From NCBI GenBank assembly GCA_022226935.1, contig CP092081.1, positions 3,471,547-3,535,546 on the forward strand: a stretch of 64,000 nt of DNA, written 5' to 3'. Source of the DNA: Nitrospira sp. GTDB lineage: Bacteria; Nitrospirota; Nitrospiria; Nitrospirales; Nitrospiraceae. Positions 10,225 to 20,726 of this stretch are shown one piece after another (position 1 is the stretch's first letter; each line of letters starts with the position of its first letter). A program made the position numbers and the translations under genes. The notes under the pieces are model-generated. The model was not told where the DNA came from, ran no database searches, and saw nothing but the letters and a program-made list of their open reading frames with translations.

Positions 10225-10252
10225 TCTCTCGTTTCACGTTTCACGAATAACG
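10225..10252 (+). repeat. Heptamer tandem array (TTTCACG-like x4)
   Basis: TCTCTCG TTTCACG TTTCACG AATAACG between nuoF and nuoG. Confidence 0.65.
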
Positions 10253-10258
10253 GCCATT

Positions 10259-12928
10259 ATGCCTGATCAAAAACCAGATACCGTCCGGCTCACCATCGAC
10301 GGCACCACCGTTGCGGTTCCCAAAGGCACGCTCGTGATCGAAGCCGCGCGCCGCGTCGGGGTCATGATCCCGCATTTTTGCTATCACCCCAAATTGAAGC
10401 CGGATGCGAACTGCCGCATGTGCCTGGTCGAAGTGGAAAAGATGCCGAAGCTGCAGACCGCCTGTAGCACGCCGGTTGCCGAAGGGATGGCCGTACGCAC
10501 CGCCACGACCACGGTGGACGATGCCCACAAGTCGGTGCTCGAATTCATTCTGGCCAACCATCCGCTCGATTGTCCGGTCTGCGACCAGGGCGGCAAGTGC
10601 GATCTTCAAGACTTCTCGCATCAATACACGCCGACTACCAGCCGGTTCACGGAAACCAAGCGCATCTTCCCAAAAGAATACTTCAGCCCGCTCATCGAAA
10701 CGCAGATGAATCGCTGCGTGCAGTGCCTGCGTTGCGTCCGGTATTGCGACGAAATCATGGACGTGAAAGCGCTGGCGCCTGTCGGCCGCGGCACGATGAC
10801 GGAAATCAAACACTTTGGCCCGCATGAACTCGACTGCGAATTCTGCGGCGGCTGTATCCAGATCTGTCCGGTCGGCGCGATCACGAGCCGACTGTCCATG
10901 TATGAATACCGCCCCTGGATGCTCAAGCGAGCTGATACGATCTGCACCTTCTGCGGCGACGGCTGCCGCATCACGGTCCAGACCAAAGGAAATGAACTCA
11001 TTGAAGTAAATTCTTCGCACGGCGCCGGCCGGAATAATGGCGATCTCTGCGCCCGCGGCTTCTTCGGCTTCCATGCGAGCACCCATGCCGGCCGCCTGAC
11101 CCATCCCTTGATCCGACGCGACGGCGTGTTGGTGCAAGCCACGTGGGAAGACGCGCTGGAATATGTCGCCGAACAGTTCCTCCGTGTGAAGCTAGCCAAC
11201 GGCCCGGATGCATTCGGAGGCCTCATCAGCTCCCGTTGCACCAACGAAGACCTCTATGTGTTCCAGAAATTCATGCGGCAGGTGATCGGCACCAACCGGA
11301 TCGATAGTAGCGCACGATACGGCCACCTGAGCGGGGTGCGAGCGCTACGTCGCGTGCAAGGAACTCACCGTTGGACCATCGCGTTCGAAGATATTGTGGC
11401 CGCCAACGCCTTGTTGTTGGTTGGCACCAACATCACGGAGACCAGCCCCATTACCGGGCTCAAGGTCAAAGAAGCCGTCAAGAAGCGTCAGGCCAGTCTG
11501 TTCACAATTGAGTCCCTGGAACCAGCGGTCGACACATTGAGCAATATCGCGAACCTGGCCACGCAGCATTTCTCTACCCATCCCAGGCAGATCGGCAATA
11601 ACGTCTTGGGCCTGATCAAAGCCGTCATTGACGACAACTTGGTGGACGCAGGCCTGGCTGAACAAGCGCCGGCCTTCGTGCAACGGCTGTCCGCCACTGT
11701 GCAACAGACTTCTTGGGACACGCTCGAAACCGCCACCGGCCACAGCCGCGCCCAATGGGCTGAGACCGCCAAGCTTCTGGCCGCTGCCAAACGAGTCGTC
11801 ATCCTGGTGGGAAACGGCGTCCTGCGCTACCCCGACGGAGAAGGGACGACCACGAATCTCCTGGATCTGCTGATTCTGTTGGGCAAGCTCAATCAACCTG
11901 GTTGCGGGCTCGGTCCGCTGGCCGAAGAAAACAACGATCAGGGCGCGGTCGAAATGGGCGCCGTGCCCGATTTCCTCCCTGGACCGACCCCGATCAACGA
12001 GCCAGCCTCCAGAGAGCGCCTTGCCTCGCTCTGGCGTGAGGAATTGCCCCGTACCCCAGGCATCCCGTTGACCGAGATGCTTGCCGCGGCCAATACCGGC
12101 TCCCTCAAGGCCTTGTTTGTGGTCGGAGAAAATCCTGTCGGCACCTTGCCTGCTGCAGCGCAAGCCAAAGAGGCCCTCGCCAAACTGGAACTGCTGGTCT
12201 GTCAGGAATTATTCCTCACCGAAACAGCGGCGATGGCTCACGTGGTACTTCCCGCCTGCTCCTATATGGAGAAGGACGGGACTTTCACCAATTCCGAAGG
12301 GCATGTGCAAGCCGTTCGTCAGGCGATCAATCCGGTCGGCGACAGTCGCCCCGATTGGGAAATGTTGTCGGCAATTTCCGTGTTGATGGGTTCGCCGCTC
12401 GAATATGGAGATGCGCGGGAAATCTTGAAAGAAATTCGCAGCGTCATCCCTGGATATGGCCTGTTAGGCCCGACACCCACGTCGCCCAAGGTGGATCAGG
12501 CCACACTAAGCCGCTACCTCGCGGAGGGCGCCGCGACCGACATGGCGGTCCGGTACTCCATACGCCAGGCGCCGAAATCCAATGATAAGACCTTGACGCT
12601 GATGTTCACCCAAACTCTGTTCCACTCAGGCAAACTCTCCACCCATTCCAAGGGACTCCTGCAACTGCAGCAGGAAGGGTTTCTCTCCATCAATCCGGCC
12701 GATGCGGCCAGAGTGGGAGTGACCGACGGCGAAAAAGTCACGGTCTCGAACGCGCGCGCCTCCATCACCACCATCGCGAAGATTCGCGAGCGCGTGCCGG
12801 CCGGCCTGGTGTGGTTCCCTGAACATTTCGACGGCGAGGCCAAACAACTCGCTGAATGGACGATTGATCCCCAGACTCAAATCCCCTATTTTAAGCTCGC
12901 GTACGTGTCTCTGGCGAAGGTCTCGTAG
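10259..12928 (+). CDS. nuoG: NADH-quinone oxidoreductase subunit G (long form with N7 cluster motif)
   Basis: FCYHP..ANCRMCLVE..LQTAC, HPLDCPVCDQGGKC, CVQCLRC..CEFCGGCIQICPVGA, CTFCGDGC..LCARG and a molybdopterin-oxidoreductase-fold C-terminus. Confidence 0.96.
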   Translation: MPDQKPDTVRLTIDGTTVAVPKGTLVIEAARRVGVMIPHFCYHPKLKPDANCRMCLVEVEKMPKLQTACSTPVAEGMAVRTATTTVDDAHKSVLEFILANHPLDCPVCDQGGKCDLQDFSHQYTPTTSRFTETKRIFPKEYFSPLIETQMNRCVQCLRCVRYCDEIMDVKALAPVGRGTMTEIKHFGPHELDCEFCGGCIQICPVGAITSRLSMYEYRPWMLKRADTICTFCGDGCRITVQTKGNELIEVNSSHGAGRNNGDLCARGFFGFHASTHAGRLTHPLIRRDGVLVQATWEDALEYVAEQFLRVKLANGPDAFGGLISSRCTNEDLYVFQKFMRQVIGTNRIDSSARYGHLSGVRALRRVQGTHRWTIAFEDIVAANALLLVGTNITETSPITGLKVKEAVKKRQASLFTIESLEPAVDTLSNIANLATQHFSTHPRQIGNNVLGLIKAVIDDNLVDAGLAEQAPAFVQRLSATVQQTSWDTLETATGHSRAQWAETAKLLAAAKRVVILVGNGVLRYPDGEGTTTNLLDLLILLGKLNQPGCGLGPLAEENNDQGAVEMGAVPDFLPGPTPINEPASRERLASLWREELPRTPGIPLTEMLAAANTGSLKALFVVGENPVGTLPAAAQAKEALAKLELLVCQELFLTETAAMAHVVLPACSYMEKDGTFTNSEGHVQAVRQAINPVGDSRPDWEMLSAISVLMGSPLEYGDAREILKEIRSVIPGYGLLGPTPTSPKVDQATLSRYLAEGAATDMAVRYSIRQAPKSNDKTLTLMFTQTLFHSGKLSTHSKGLLQLQQEGFLSINPADAARVGVTDGEKVTVSNARASITTIAKIRERVPAGLVWFPEHFDGEAKQLAEWTIDPQTQIPYFKLAYVSLAKVS

Positions 12929-12952
12929 GACGGGACGAGGAGTATTGCTGTT

Positions 12953-14020
12953 ATGGAAATCGGATTACGACTGGCGGTGTCGTTGGCACAAATCGCCGCG
13001 GTAATGGGAGTGGTGATGCTGACCGTCATGGTCCTGACCCTCGCGGAGCGAAAGGTCCTCGGCTGGATGCAGGATCGCATGGGCCCGATGGAAGTCGGCC
13101 CCTACGGCGTCCTTCAACCGATCGCGGACGGATTGAAACTCTTCTTCAAAGAAGACATCATTCCGGCCGGCGCGAATAAGTTCCTCTTCACCTTGGCGCC
13201 GATTCTCGCCCTGGTACCAGCCATGATCGGCTTTGCCGTCATTCCTTTCGGCCCGACCATGACCATCGAGCTGTTCGGCATGCAGGTCAAGCCGTTCGTC
13301 ATCAGCGATATCAACATCGGCATCCTCTATATTCTGGCCTTTGCCTCCATCGGCGCCTACGGCATCATCCTCGGCGGCTGGTCCTCCAACAGCAAGTATT
13401 CCCTCCTCGGCGGACTGCGATCCGCCGCGCAGGTCATCAGTTACGAATTGAACGTCGGTCTCGCGATCGTGGGCGTCATTCTCCTGTCCGGCTCTCTGAG
13501 CCTGGTGAAAATCACCGAGGCGCAGGCCGGAGGGTTTTGGAATTGGTTCATCATCGCCATGCCGTTCCCCCAAATTTTTGCCTTCGTCGTGTATGTCATT
13601 TCGTCGGTGGCGGAAACGAACCGCGTCCCCTTCGACCTTCCGGAAGCGGAAAGCGAACTGGTGGCGGGATTCTTCACGGAATACAGCGGCATGCGCTTCG
13701 CGTTTTTCTTCATTGCGGAATACGCGAACATGATCCTGGTGTCCTGTGTCGCGGCGGCGCTGTTTCTGGGCGGGTGGAATGCCCCCTATCCCGGCACGAT
13801 CCTCGGACATCTCGGACTGGATGCCCTGGCCTGGATCGAAAACGTCGTGTGGTTCGCCGCCAAGGTGTACTTCTTCCTGTTCCTGTTCTTCTGGTTGCGG
13901 GCCACGCTGCCCCGCCTGCGGTACGACCAGCTCATGCGGTTCGGATGGAAGGTGATGCTGCCCATCGCCCTCGGGAACATCGTGTTGACAGCCATCGCCG
14001 CCTATTTCTTCCCGCGGTAA
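12953..14020 (+). CDS. nuoH: NADH-quinone oxidoreductase subunit H
   Basis: ERKVLGWMQDRMGP, QPIADGLKLFFKE, AETNRVPFDLPEAESELV, LPRLRYDQLM. Confidence 0.98.
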   Translation: MEIGLRLAVSLAQIAAVMGVVMLTVMVLTLAERKVLGWMQDRMGPMEVGPYGVLQPIADGLKLFFKEDIIPAGANKFLFTLAPILALVPAMIGFAVIPFGPTMTIELFGMQVKPFVISDINIGILYILAFASIGAYGIILGGWSSNSKYSLLGGLRSAAQVISYELNVGLAIVGVILLSGSLSLVKITEAQAGGFWNWFIIAMPFPQIFAFVVYVISSVAETNRVPFDLPEAESELVAGFFTEYSGMRFAFFFIAEYANMILVSCVAAALFLGGWNAPYPGTILGHLGLDALAWIENVVWFAAKVYFFLFLFFWLRATLPRLRYDQLMRFGWKVMLPIALGNIVLTAIAAYFFPR

Positions 14021-14029
14021 CGGAGCGAG

Positions 14030-14605
14030 ATGAACGTCGCCATCACGGCACAGCCTAAGCGGAAACCGTCGTTCAGCGAGTGGCTGAAAACGCTGACCTT
14101 CTATGAACTGCTGGTGGGCATGAAGGCCACGCTCAAGCACCTGCTCAACTACAAACCCATCACGCTGCAGTATCCGCATGAGAAGCGCCTCCTCCCCGAG
14201 AATTATCGCGGGATGCTGGCCTTGTTGCGGTATGACGACGGAACAGAAAAATGCGTCGGCTGCGACTTGTGTGAGGCCGCCTGCCCCTCGCGCGTGATCC
14301 GGGTCGTCAGCGGTGAAGTGCCGGGAGAACCGACGAAGCGGTACTCCAAGGAATACTACATGGATATGACGCGATGCCTCTTCTGCGGCCTCTGCGTCGA
14401 CGCCTGTCCCGTGGATGCCCTGGGCATGACCCGCGAATTCGAATGGGCCGTGTACGACAAGCGCCAACTCCATCTCAATAAACAACAGCTGCTCGCCATC
14501 GGCGATCGCGCCTATCCCGTCCGGGAAAAGCGCCTCGAGCTGCAGCATCCGAACGTGGCGTTTTTTAACGTGACGTTCAAGCATCTCCCGCAAAAGGAGA
14601 ACTAG
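14030..14605 (+). CDS. nuoI: NADH-quinone oxidoreductase subunit I
   Basis: TLQYPHE with CVGCDLCEAACP and CLFCGLCVDACP (2x4Fe-4S). Confidence 0.97.
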   Translation: MNVAITAQPKRKPSFSEWLKTLTFYELLVGMKATLKHLLNYKPITLQYPHEKRLLPENYRGMLALLRYDDGTEKCVGCDLCEAACPSRVIRVVSGEVPGEPTKRYSKEYYMDMTRCLFCGLCVDACPVDALGMTREFEWAVYDKRQLHLNKQQLLAIGDRAYPVREKRLELQHPNVAFFNVTFKHLPQKEN

Positions 14606-14733
14606 GCCTTCCGCCTCGTCCTCCGTGCTGGCCCCCCACACCGAGACGAATGAGGCAAACAGGCTGCCACCGGGCAGAGAGCCAGGGCGACAGGGGGCAG
14701 GGTTTCAGTTGGTTCGGTCGAGATAACGGATAC

Positions 14734-15249
14734 ATGGATCACATTTTCTTCTTTTATTTTGCTGCGGTGATCGCCACCACTTCTGTGCTGGTGGTCGCCT
14801 TGCGCAACCCGGTGTATAGCGCGCTGGCATTGTTGATCATGTTTTTCCATGTCGCGGGACTCTACGTCACGCTCCACGCAGAATTCCTGGCCGCAGTCCA
14901 AATCGTCGTGTATGCCGGTGCCATTCTGGTGCTCTACCTGTTTGTCGTCATGCTCCTGAGCATCAAATCTGAAGAGCGCTATCACAACCAACTCCCCGTG
15001 GCAGGACTCCTGGGGGTGATGTTGTGCACGGAAATTATCCTCTTGTTGATTCAATCACGGACGGCGGCCTCGGCCCAGGCGATCCCCGCCGATCCTGTCA
15101 CTGGATCGGGCAATACGGAAATGGTCGGGGAAGCCTTGTACTCGACCTATTTGTTTCCCTTTGAAGTCGCCTCGTTGATCCTGCTGGTCGCGATGATCGG
15201 GGCCATTATTCTGGCGAAAAAAGATATCAACGACCAGGTTCAGCAATAA
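14734..15249 (+). CDS. nuoJ: NADH-quinone oxidoreductase subunit J
   Basis: [34 protein letters not shown] and [20 protein letters not shown]. Start moved to ATG 14734 (track gives 14650). Confidence 0.95.
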   Translation: MDHIFFFYFAAVIATTSVLVVALRNPVYSALALLIMFFHVAGLYVTLHAEFLAAVQIVVYAGAILVLYLFVVMLLSIKSEERYHNQLPVAGLLGVMLCTEIILLLIQSRTAASAQAIPADPVTGSGNTEMVGEALYSTYLFPFEVASLILLVAMIGAIILAKKDINDQVQQ

Positions 15250-15260
15250 CCGGTACCGTC

Positions 15261-15566
15261 ATGACTGTTCCCCTGTCCTATTATCTGGTCCTAAGCGGGT
15301 TTGTGTTTCTCACCGGGGTGGTGGGGGTGCTCATCCGGCGGAACATCATCGTGATTCTGCTGTCAGTGGAGCTGATGCTGAATGCCACGAACATCAACTT
15401 CGTGGCCTTTTCGGAATATTTTCACAATGTCGCGGGACAGGTCTTTGTGTTCTTCGCCTTGACCGTGGCAGCCGCGGAAGTGGCAGTGGGCCTCGCGATC
15501 ATTATCGCCCTTCACCGGACCAATTCATCGATCTATATCGACGACCTGAATTTGTTGAAACGATAG
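15261..15566 (+). CDS. nuoK: NADH-quinone oxidoreductase subunit K
   Basis: [17 protein letters not shown] and [13 protein letters not shown]. Confidence 0.97.
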   Translation: MTVPLSYYLVLSGFVFLTGVVGVLIRRNIIVILLSVELMLNATNINFVAFSEYFHNVAGQVFVFFALTVAAAEVAVGLAIIIALHRTNSSIYIDDLNLLKR

Positions 15567-15582
15567 GCCGACCGTACCAACC

Positions 15583-17481
15583 ATGATCTATGCGCTGATC
15601 CCATTTCTGCCCTTGTTCTCCTTTCTGATCGTCGGCATCGGCGAACAATGGATCAAGGACCGCGCGCACCTGGTGGCTGTCCCCGCGATGGTGGGCTCGT
15701 TCCTGCTGTCGCTCATGGCCTTACATGATGTTGCGACCGGCCAGGCGATCAATGTGACCCTGTACACCTGGCTGACCTCAGGCAATCTCGACATTCACAT
15801 CGGCATTTCCATCGATCGCCTGACCGCCGTCATGCTGATCCTAGTCACCACCGTCAGCACGCTGGTGCACATCTACACAATCGGCTACATGCACGGCGAG
15901 CCTGGCTACGCCCGCTTCTTCGCCTATATCGCCCTCTTTACCTTCTCGATGCTGATGCTGGTGATGGCGGATAACCTCCTGCAGTTATTCGTATTCTGGG
16001 AAGCGGTGGGGCTCTGTTCTTATCTCCTGATCGGCCATTGGTATGAACGAGCGAGCGCCTGCGCCGCCGCGACGAAGGCCTTCCTCGTCAACCGCATCGG
16101 CGACTTTGGGTTCATCCTCGGCTTGTTCCTCGTCTGGTATTCCTTCGGTTCGCTCGACTATGCGACGGTCTTTGCCCAAGCAGGGCAACTGGCGTCCAAG
16201 ACCACGAATCTCCTGGGCCCGTTCGGCGGCACCTGGGACGTCTCGGTCATGACCATGATCTGCCTGCTGCTGTTTACCGGAGCCGTCGGTAAATCCGCGC
16301 AAGTTCCGCTGCATGTCTGGCTTCCCGATGCGATGGAAGGCCCGACGCCGATTTCGGCCTTGATCCATGCCGCCACCATGGTTACGGCAGGCGTCTTCAT
16401 GGTCGCGCGCTTGGCCCCGCTGTATAACCTGTCGCCCACCGCCATGACGGTCGTCGCACTCGTCGGCGCGCTCACGATGATGCTGGGGGCCACCATCGCC
16501 CTGACGCAGACGGACATCAAGCGTGTGGTCGCCTATTCGACCATGAGCCAGCTGGGGTACATGGTGATGGCCTGCGGCCTGGGCGCCTATAGCGCCGGCA
16601 TGTACCATCTACTCACCCATGGGGCGTTCAAGGCACTTCTGTTTTTGGGCTGCGGCTCGGTCATCATCGCGCTGCATCACGAACAGGATATGCGCCACAT
16701 GGGAGGGCTGAAGGACAAACTTCCCGTCACCTATTGGACCTTCCTCGTGGGCTCGCTCGCGTTGGCCGGGTTCCCGCTGACCGCCGGATTTTTCAGCAAG
16801 GACGATCTGCTGGTCTCCGCCTGGTCGGCCGGGCCTCTTGGCCAGGTCCTCACCATTTGCGGATTGGTGACGGCTGGTTTAACCGCTTTCTATAGTTTTC
16901 GGCTTGTGTTCGTCACCTTCTGGGGCAAGTCCCACGTCGATCCGCACCATGCAGGGCATGTTCACGAACCTTCGACGACGATGACGGCGCCGCTGATGGT
17001 GCTAGCCGTGCTGAGTATCGTCGCCGGCTACCTCGGCATCCCGGCGTTTCTGGAACCGGTCTTTCATGGCGAAGGCACAGGCGCCCATCATGAAGGAAGC
17101 GCTGCCTTGGGCATCATGGCCGTGGCGACGCTGATGGGCCTGACAGGCATCGGCGCGGCCTATTACCTGTATGTGCTGAATCCCGGGTTGCCGGATCGGC
17201 TCGCACAACAGTGGCGGGCGGCCTACGAGTTGTCGTTGCACAAGTGGTATATCGATGAAGCCTACGACCGCTCCTTTGTCCGTCCGACCCTGTCGGCCGC
17301 ACATGGGTTGTGGAAACATGTCGATGTGGCCATCATTGACGGCGCCGTCAATGGAGTCGCCCGTGCGGTGGCCTGGGGCGGCTGGTTGATCCGGTTGACA
17401 CAGAGCGGCCAGACACAACATTACGCGCTCGGCATGACGCTGGGCGCCGTGGTCATTTTGACGGTGTATTTGCTGTTGTAG
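15583..17481 (+). CDS. nuoL: NADH-quinone oxidoreductase subunit L
   Basis: 632 aa; WEAVGLCSYLLIG, KAFLVNRIGD, GKSAQVPLHVWLPDAMEGPTP, THGAFKALLFL. Confidence 0.98.
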   Translation: MIYALIPFLPLFSFLIVGIGEQWIKDRAHLVAVPAMVGSFLLSLMALHDVATGQAINVTLYTWLTSGNLDIHIGISIDRLTAVMLILVTTVSTLVHIYTIGYMHGEPGYARFFAYIALFTFSMLMLVMADNLLQLFVFWEAVGLCSYLLIGHWYERASACAAATKAFLVNRIGDFGFILGLFLVWYSFGSLDYATVFAQAGQLASKTTNLLGPFGGTWDVSVMTMICLLLFTGAVGKSAQVPLHVWLPDAMEGPTPISALIHAATMVTAGVFMVARLAPLYNLSPTAMTVVALVGALTMMLGATIALTQTDIKRVVAYSTMSQLGYMVMACGLGAYSAGMYHLLTHGAFKALLFLGCGSVIIALHHEQDMRHMGGLKDKLPVTYWTFLVGSLALAGFPLTAGFFSKDDLLVSAWSAGPLGQVLTICGLVTAGLTAFYSFRLVFVTFWGKSHVDPHHAGHVHEPSTTMTAPLMVLAVLSIVAGYLGIPAFLEPVFHGEGTGAHHEGSAALGIMAVATLMGLTGIGAAYYLYVLNPGLPDRLAQQWRAAYELSLHKWYIDEAYDRSFVRPTLSAAHGLWKHVDVAIIDGAVNGVARAVAWGGWLIRLTQSGQTQHYALGMTLGAVVILTVYLLL

Positions 17482-17520
17482 TTGAAAGCACTAGTGGAGT
17501 CGCTGACGCACGGTCGGTTC

Positions 17521-17548
17521 TCTTACGTGCCACGTTTCGCGTTTCACC
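17521..17548 (+). repeat. Heptamer tandem array (TTTCACG-like x4)
   Basis: TCTTACG TGCCACG TTTCGCG TTTCACC just upstream of the nuoM start. Confidence 0.55.
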
Positions 17549-17558
17549 CGTGGAGTAG

Positions 17559-19124
17559 ATGTTCGTGACGTCGTTTCCCTGGTTGAGCCTGATCGTCTTT
17601 TTCCCGTTGATCGGAGCGGTGCTCTGCCTCCTGGTCAAGGTTGAGTCGTCCCGTTGGGTCGCACTCGGCTTTACTGTCGGGAATTTCCTCCTTTCTTTGC
17701 CGCTCTGGTGGTTGTTCGACAGCTCCGCCGCCACCATGCAGTTCGTGGAACGGGCTTCCTGGATCAATTCGCCGCCGGTGAACTACAGCCTGGGCATGGA
17801 TGGGATCAGCTTCCCCCTCGTGCTCATGACCACCTTCCTCATGCCGTTTTGCGTAACCGTGTCCTGGACGGCCATCGAGAAACGTGTGCAGCTGTTTATG
17901 TCCATGCTCCTCGTGATGGAAGCCGCGATGGTGGGCGTGTTCGTGGCGCTGGACTTCGTGCTCTTTTACGTGTTCTGGGAAGTCATGTTGATTCCGATGT
18001 ATCTGCTCATTGGCGTCTGGGGCGGTCCGAATCGCTTATACGCAGCCATCAAATTCTTTCTCTACACGTTGGCGGGGAGCTTACTCCTGCTGGTCGCCAT
18101 CCTGGCCCTCTACTTCCAGGGCGGGCATACCTTCGACATCCTCGAACTCAGTCGCGGGACCTATGGGGCATCACTTCAAATGTGGCTGTTCCTGGCCTTC
18201 TTCGCGGCCTTCGCAGTCAAGGTTCCGATGTTTCCGTTCCATACCTGGCTGCCGGACGCGCACGTAGAAGCTCCCACCGCGGGCAGCGTTATTCTCGCCA
18301 GCGTGTTGTTGAAGATGGGAACCTACGGATTCCTCCGTTTCACTTTGCCGATGCTTCCCGATGCCACAGCGGCATTCACCAAACCGATGATTGCCTTGTC
18401 GATCGTGGCCATCATCTATGGGGCCTACATGGCGCTGGCACAGTCGGACATCAAGAAGCTGATTGCCTACTCCAGTGTCAGTCACATGGGTTTCGTAACT
18501 TTGGGCATCTTCGTGCTGAATATCCAAGGCATCGAAGGGGCCGTCATGCAGATGGTCAACCACGGCATCACCACGGGGGGACTGTTCCTCTGTGTGGGCA
18601 TCGTATACGAACGAACGCATAGCCGTCAGATTCTGGACAATACCGGACTCGCCGGCCCCATGCCGCGTTACGCCATTTTTCTGATGATTTTCGCCTTGTC
18701 CTCCTTGGGACTTCCGGGCACCAATAGTTTCGTGGGTGAATTTCTCGTTTTGGCCGGCACGTTCGTCTGGAGTCAGTTTGCCACGGCCTTCGCCGCACTG
18801 GGCGTGATCCTCGCCGCCGCGTATATGCTGTGGCTCATGCAACGGGTCGTGTTCGGCACGCCCGCACCCGCGCATCGGGCCCATCTTCTGGACCTCAATG
18901 CGCGAGAGACGGCCACGCTGGTTCCCTTAATCGTGCTGGTCTTCGTGTTGGGAATTTTCCCGAACCCGCTGTTGACCCGCATGCATGCCAGCGTGACGAA
19001 TCTCTTGAGCGGGCAAAAGGCTCCCGCGTATGCGACTGCGCCTCAACAACCGGCGCGCCCGCAACCGGCAGCACCGATGGCGGTCATGTCATCCTCATCT
19101 TCTGAACAGGCAACGGCACGATGA
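17559..19124 (+). CDS. nuoM: NADH-quinone oxidoreductase subunit M (single copy)
   Basis: FYVFWEVMLIPMY, FAVKVPMFPFHTWLPDAHVEAPT, KKLIAYSSVSHMG, LGLPGTNSFVGE. Confidence 0.98.
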   Translation: MFVTSFPWLSLIVFFPLIGAVLCLLVKVESSRWVALGFTVGNFLLSLPLWWLFDSSAATMQFVERASWINSPPVNYSLGMDGISFPLVLMTTFLMPFCVTVSWTAIEKRVQLFMSMLLVMEAAMVGVFVALDFVLFYVFWEVMLIPMYLLIGVWGGPNRLYAAIKFFLYTLAGSLLLLVAILALYFQGGHTFDILELSRGTYGASLQMWLFLAFFAAFAVKVPMFPFHTWLPDAHVEAPTAGSVILASVLLKMGTYGFLRFTLPMLPDATAAFTKPMIALSIVAIIYGAYMALAQSDIKKLIAYSSVSHMGFVTLGIFVLNIQGIEGAVMQMVNHGITTGGLFLCVGIVYERTHSRQILDNTGLAGPMPRYAIFLMIFALSSLGLPGTNSFVGEFLVLAGTFVWSQFATAFAALGVILAAAYMLWLMQRVVFGTPAPAHRAHLLDLNARETATLVPLIVLVFVLGIFPNPLLTRMHASVTNLLSGQKAPAYATAPQQPARPQPAAPMAVMSSSSSEQATAR

Positions 19125-20596
19125 CCTTTCCACTCCAAGATCTCCTGGCTATTCTTCCCGAACTGATCGTCATCGGCACAGCCTGCCTCATTCTGGCATT
19201 GGACCCGATCCTGGGAGCAGATAAAAAGGACGTCCTCGCCTGGCTGACGCTGGGTGCTCTGGCGATGTGCATGGGTCTGACCTCGTCCCACCTGACCGGT
19301 CATACCTATGCCTTCAGTAATCTGGTGGTGATCGATTCGTACGGCGCCTTCTGGAAGCTCTTGTTGTATGTGGTCACGGGACTCACGGTTCTTCTGTCTC
19401 TGGCCTATCTCAAAGCCGAGCGACTCAGCATCGGGGAATACTACGGCTTCATTCTGCTGGCCTTGGTCGGCATGATGGTCATGGTGTCCGGCGCCGACCT
19501 GCTGACCATTTATCTCGGCACCGAGTTGATGTCCCTTTCGCTCTACGTCATGGCGGGATTAAAGAGGACGGAAGCTCGCTCGCTGGAAGCGTCAGCCAAG
19601 TATTTTGTGCTGGGAGCCTTCTCCTCAGGCGTCTTGCTGTACGGAATTTCTCTGCTGTTCGGTCTGGCCGGCAGCACCAGGTTGTCCGTGATCGCGGAGG
19701 CCATCGCCACGCAGGGCACGGCCAATCCCATGTTGTCCCTGGCACTCGTGCTCCTAGCCGTCGGATTCGGATTCAAATTGGCGGTCGTGCCCTTTCATAT
19801 GTGGACGCCGGACGTGTACCAAGGGGCGCCGACCTCCGTCACCGCCTTTATGGCCGTGGCTTCCAAGGCTGCCAGCTTCGGCGCCTTTCTCCGGGTATTC
19901 GTGGAGGGCTTGGGAGGAGCGAGCGCCGACTGGTCGGTCCTGTTTACCATTATTTGTCTGGCCACTCTGGCACTAGGAAATCTCGTTGCGATCGTGCAAA
20001 CCAGCATCAAACGGATGCTGGCGTATTCCAGCATCGCCCACGCTGGATACGCCCTGATCGGCGTCGTTGTGGCAGCCCGTCACAGCGGCGAAGGTGCCTC
20101 CAGCGGGTTCGCCAGCGTGCTGCTGTATATCGCCGTCTATTCCTTCATGACCCTCGGGGCGTTCGCCCTGGTCGGTATGTTGCGCAAAGAGGGGCAGGAG
20201 AGCGAGAACATTGAGGATTACGCCGGACTGGCCAAACGCGAACCGCTGGCGGCCTTTTTCATGCTGGTGTTTTTGGTGTCGCTGGCCGGCATTCCTCCAA
20301 CGGCAGGGTTCATCGGCAAGTTCTATATTTTCATGGCCGCTGTGAACGGCGGCATGACCTGGCTGGCCGTTGTCGCGGTCATCTTCGCCGCCATCTCCGC
20401 CTTCTATTACCTGCGGATTGTGATGGTCATGTACATGCGTGAGCCCGAGGGAGCCGTCGCCACTCACTCACGGCTGGAAACCTCTCCCGCGCTGTCCTTT
20501 GTTCTCGCGTGCGCCATTGCCGGAGTGGTCTTTCTCGGCCTCTTCCCGAACGGCCTGTGGTCGCTGGCCACCCATGCGGCTCCGTTACTGAAGTAG
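19121..20596 (+). CDS. nuoN: NADH-quinone oxidoreductase subunit N
   Basis: EASAKYFVLG, FKLAVVPFHMWTPDVYQGAP, KRMLAYSSIAHAGY, LAGIPPTAGFIGK. Confidence 0.98.
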   Translation: MTFPLQDLLAILPELIVIGTACLILALDPILGADKKDVLAWLTLGALAMCMGLTSSHLTGHTYAFSNLVVIDSYGAFWKLLLYVVTGLTVLLSLAYLKAERLSIGEYYGFILLALVGMMVMVSGADLLTIYLGTELMSLSLYVMAGLKRTEARSLEASAKYFVLGAFSSGVLLYGISLLFGLAGSTRLSVIAEAIATQGTANPMLSLALVLLAVGFGFKLAVVPFHMWTPDVYQGAPTSVTAFMAVASKAASFGAFLRVFVEGLGGASADWSVLFTIICLATLALGNLVAIVQTSIKRMLAYSSIAHAGYALIGVVVAARHSGEGASSGFASVLLYIAVYSFMTLGAFALVGMLRKEGQESENIEDYAGLAKREPLAAFFMLVFLVSLAGIPPTAGFIGKFYIFMAAVNGGMTWLAVVAVIFAAISAFYYLRIVMVMYMREPEGAVATHSRLETSPALSFVLACAIAGVVFLGLFPNGLWSLATHAAPLLK

Positions 20597-20726
20597 CCTC
20601 AGGCGCCACACGCCCCATTGACCGGCGCCTCGACACCCGATGATGTCCCGCCGTGCATTACCCGGCTCTTCTCATCGATCCGAGGAGTCCATCGCTCCGC
20701 ACCGATCCTGAATCGCGCGGGTCTAC

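Noticed and set aside
14606-14733. GC-rich nuoI-nuoJ gap and the 28-codon N-terminal extension of nuoJ in the track
   Set aside because: Only weak hairpin potential and no match to the other repeats. The extension is not NuoJ-like.
6428-20596. NuoC/D fusion, long NuoG and possible 2M-type complex I as novelties
   Set aside because: The CD fusion and N7-type NuoG are well known. Only one nuoM is present and nuoEF are included, so this is the canonical form.
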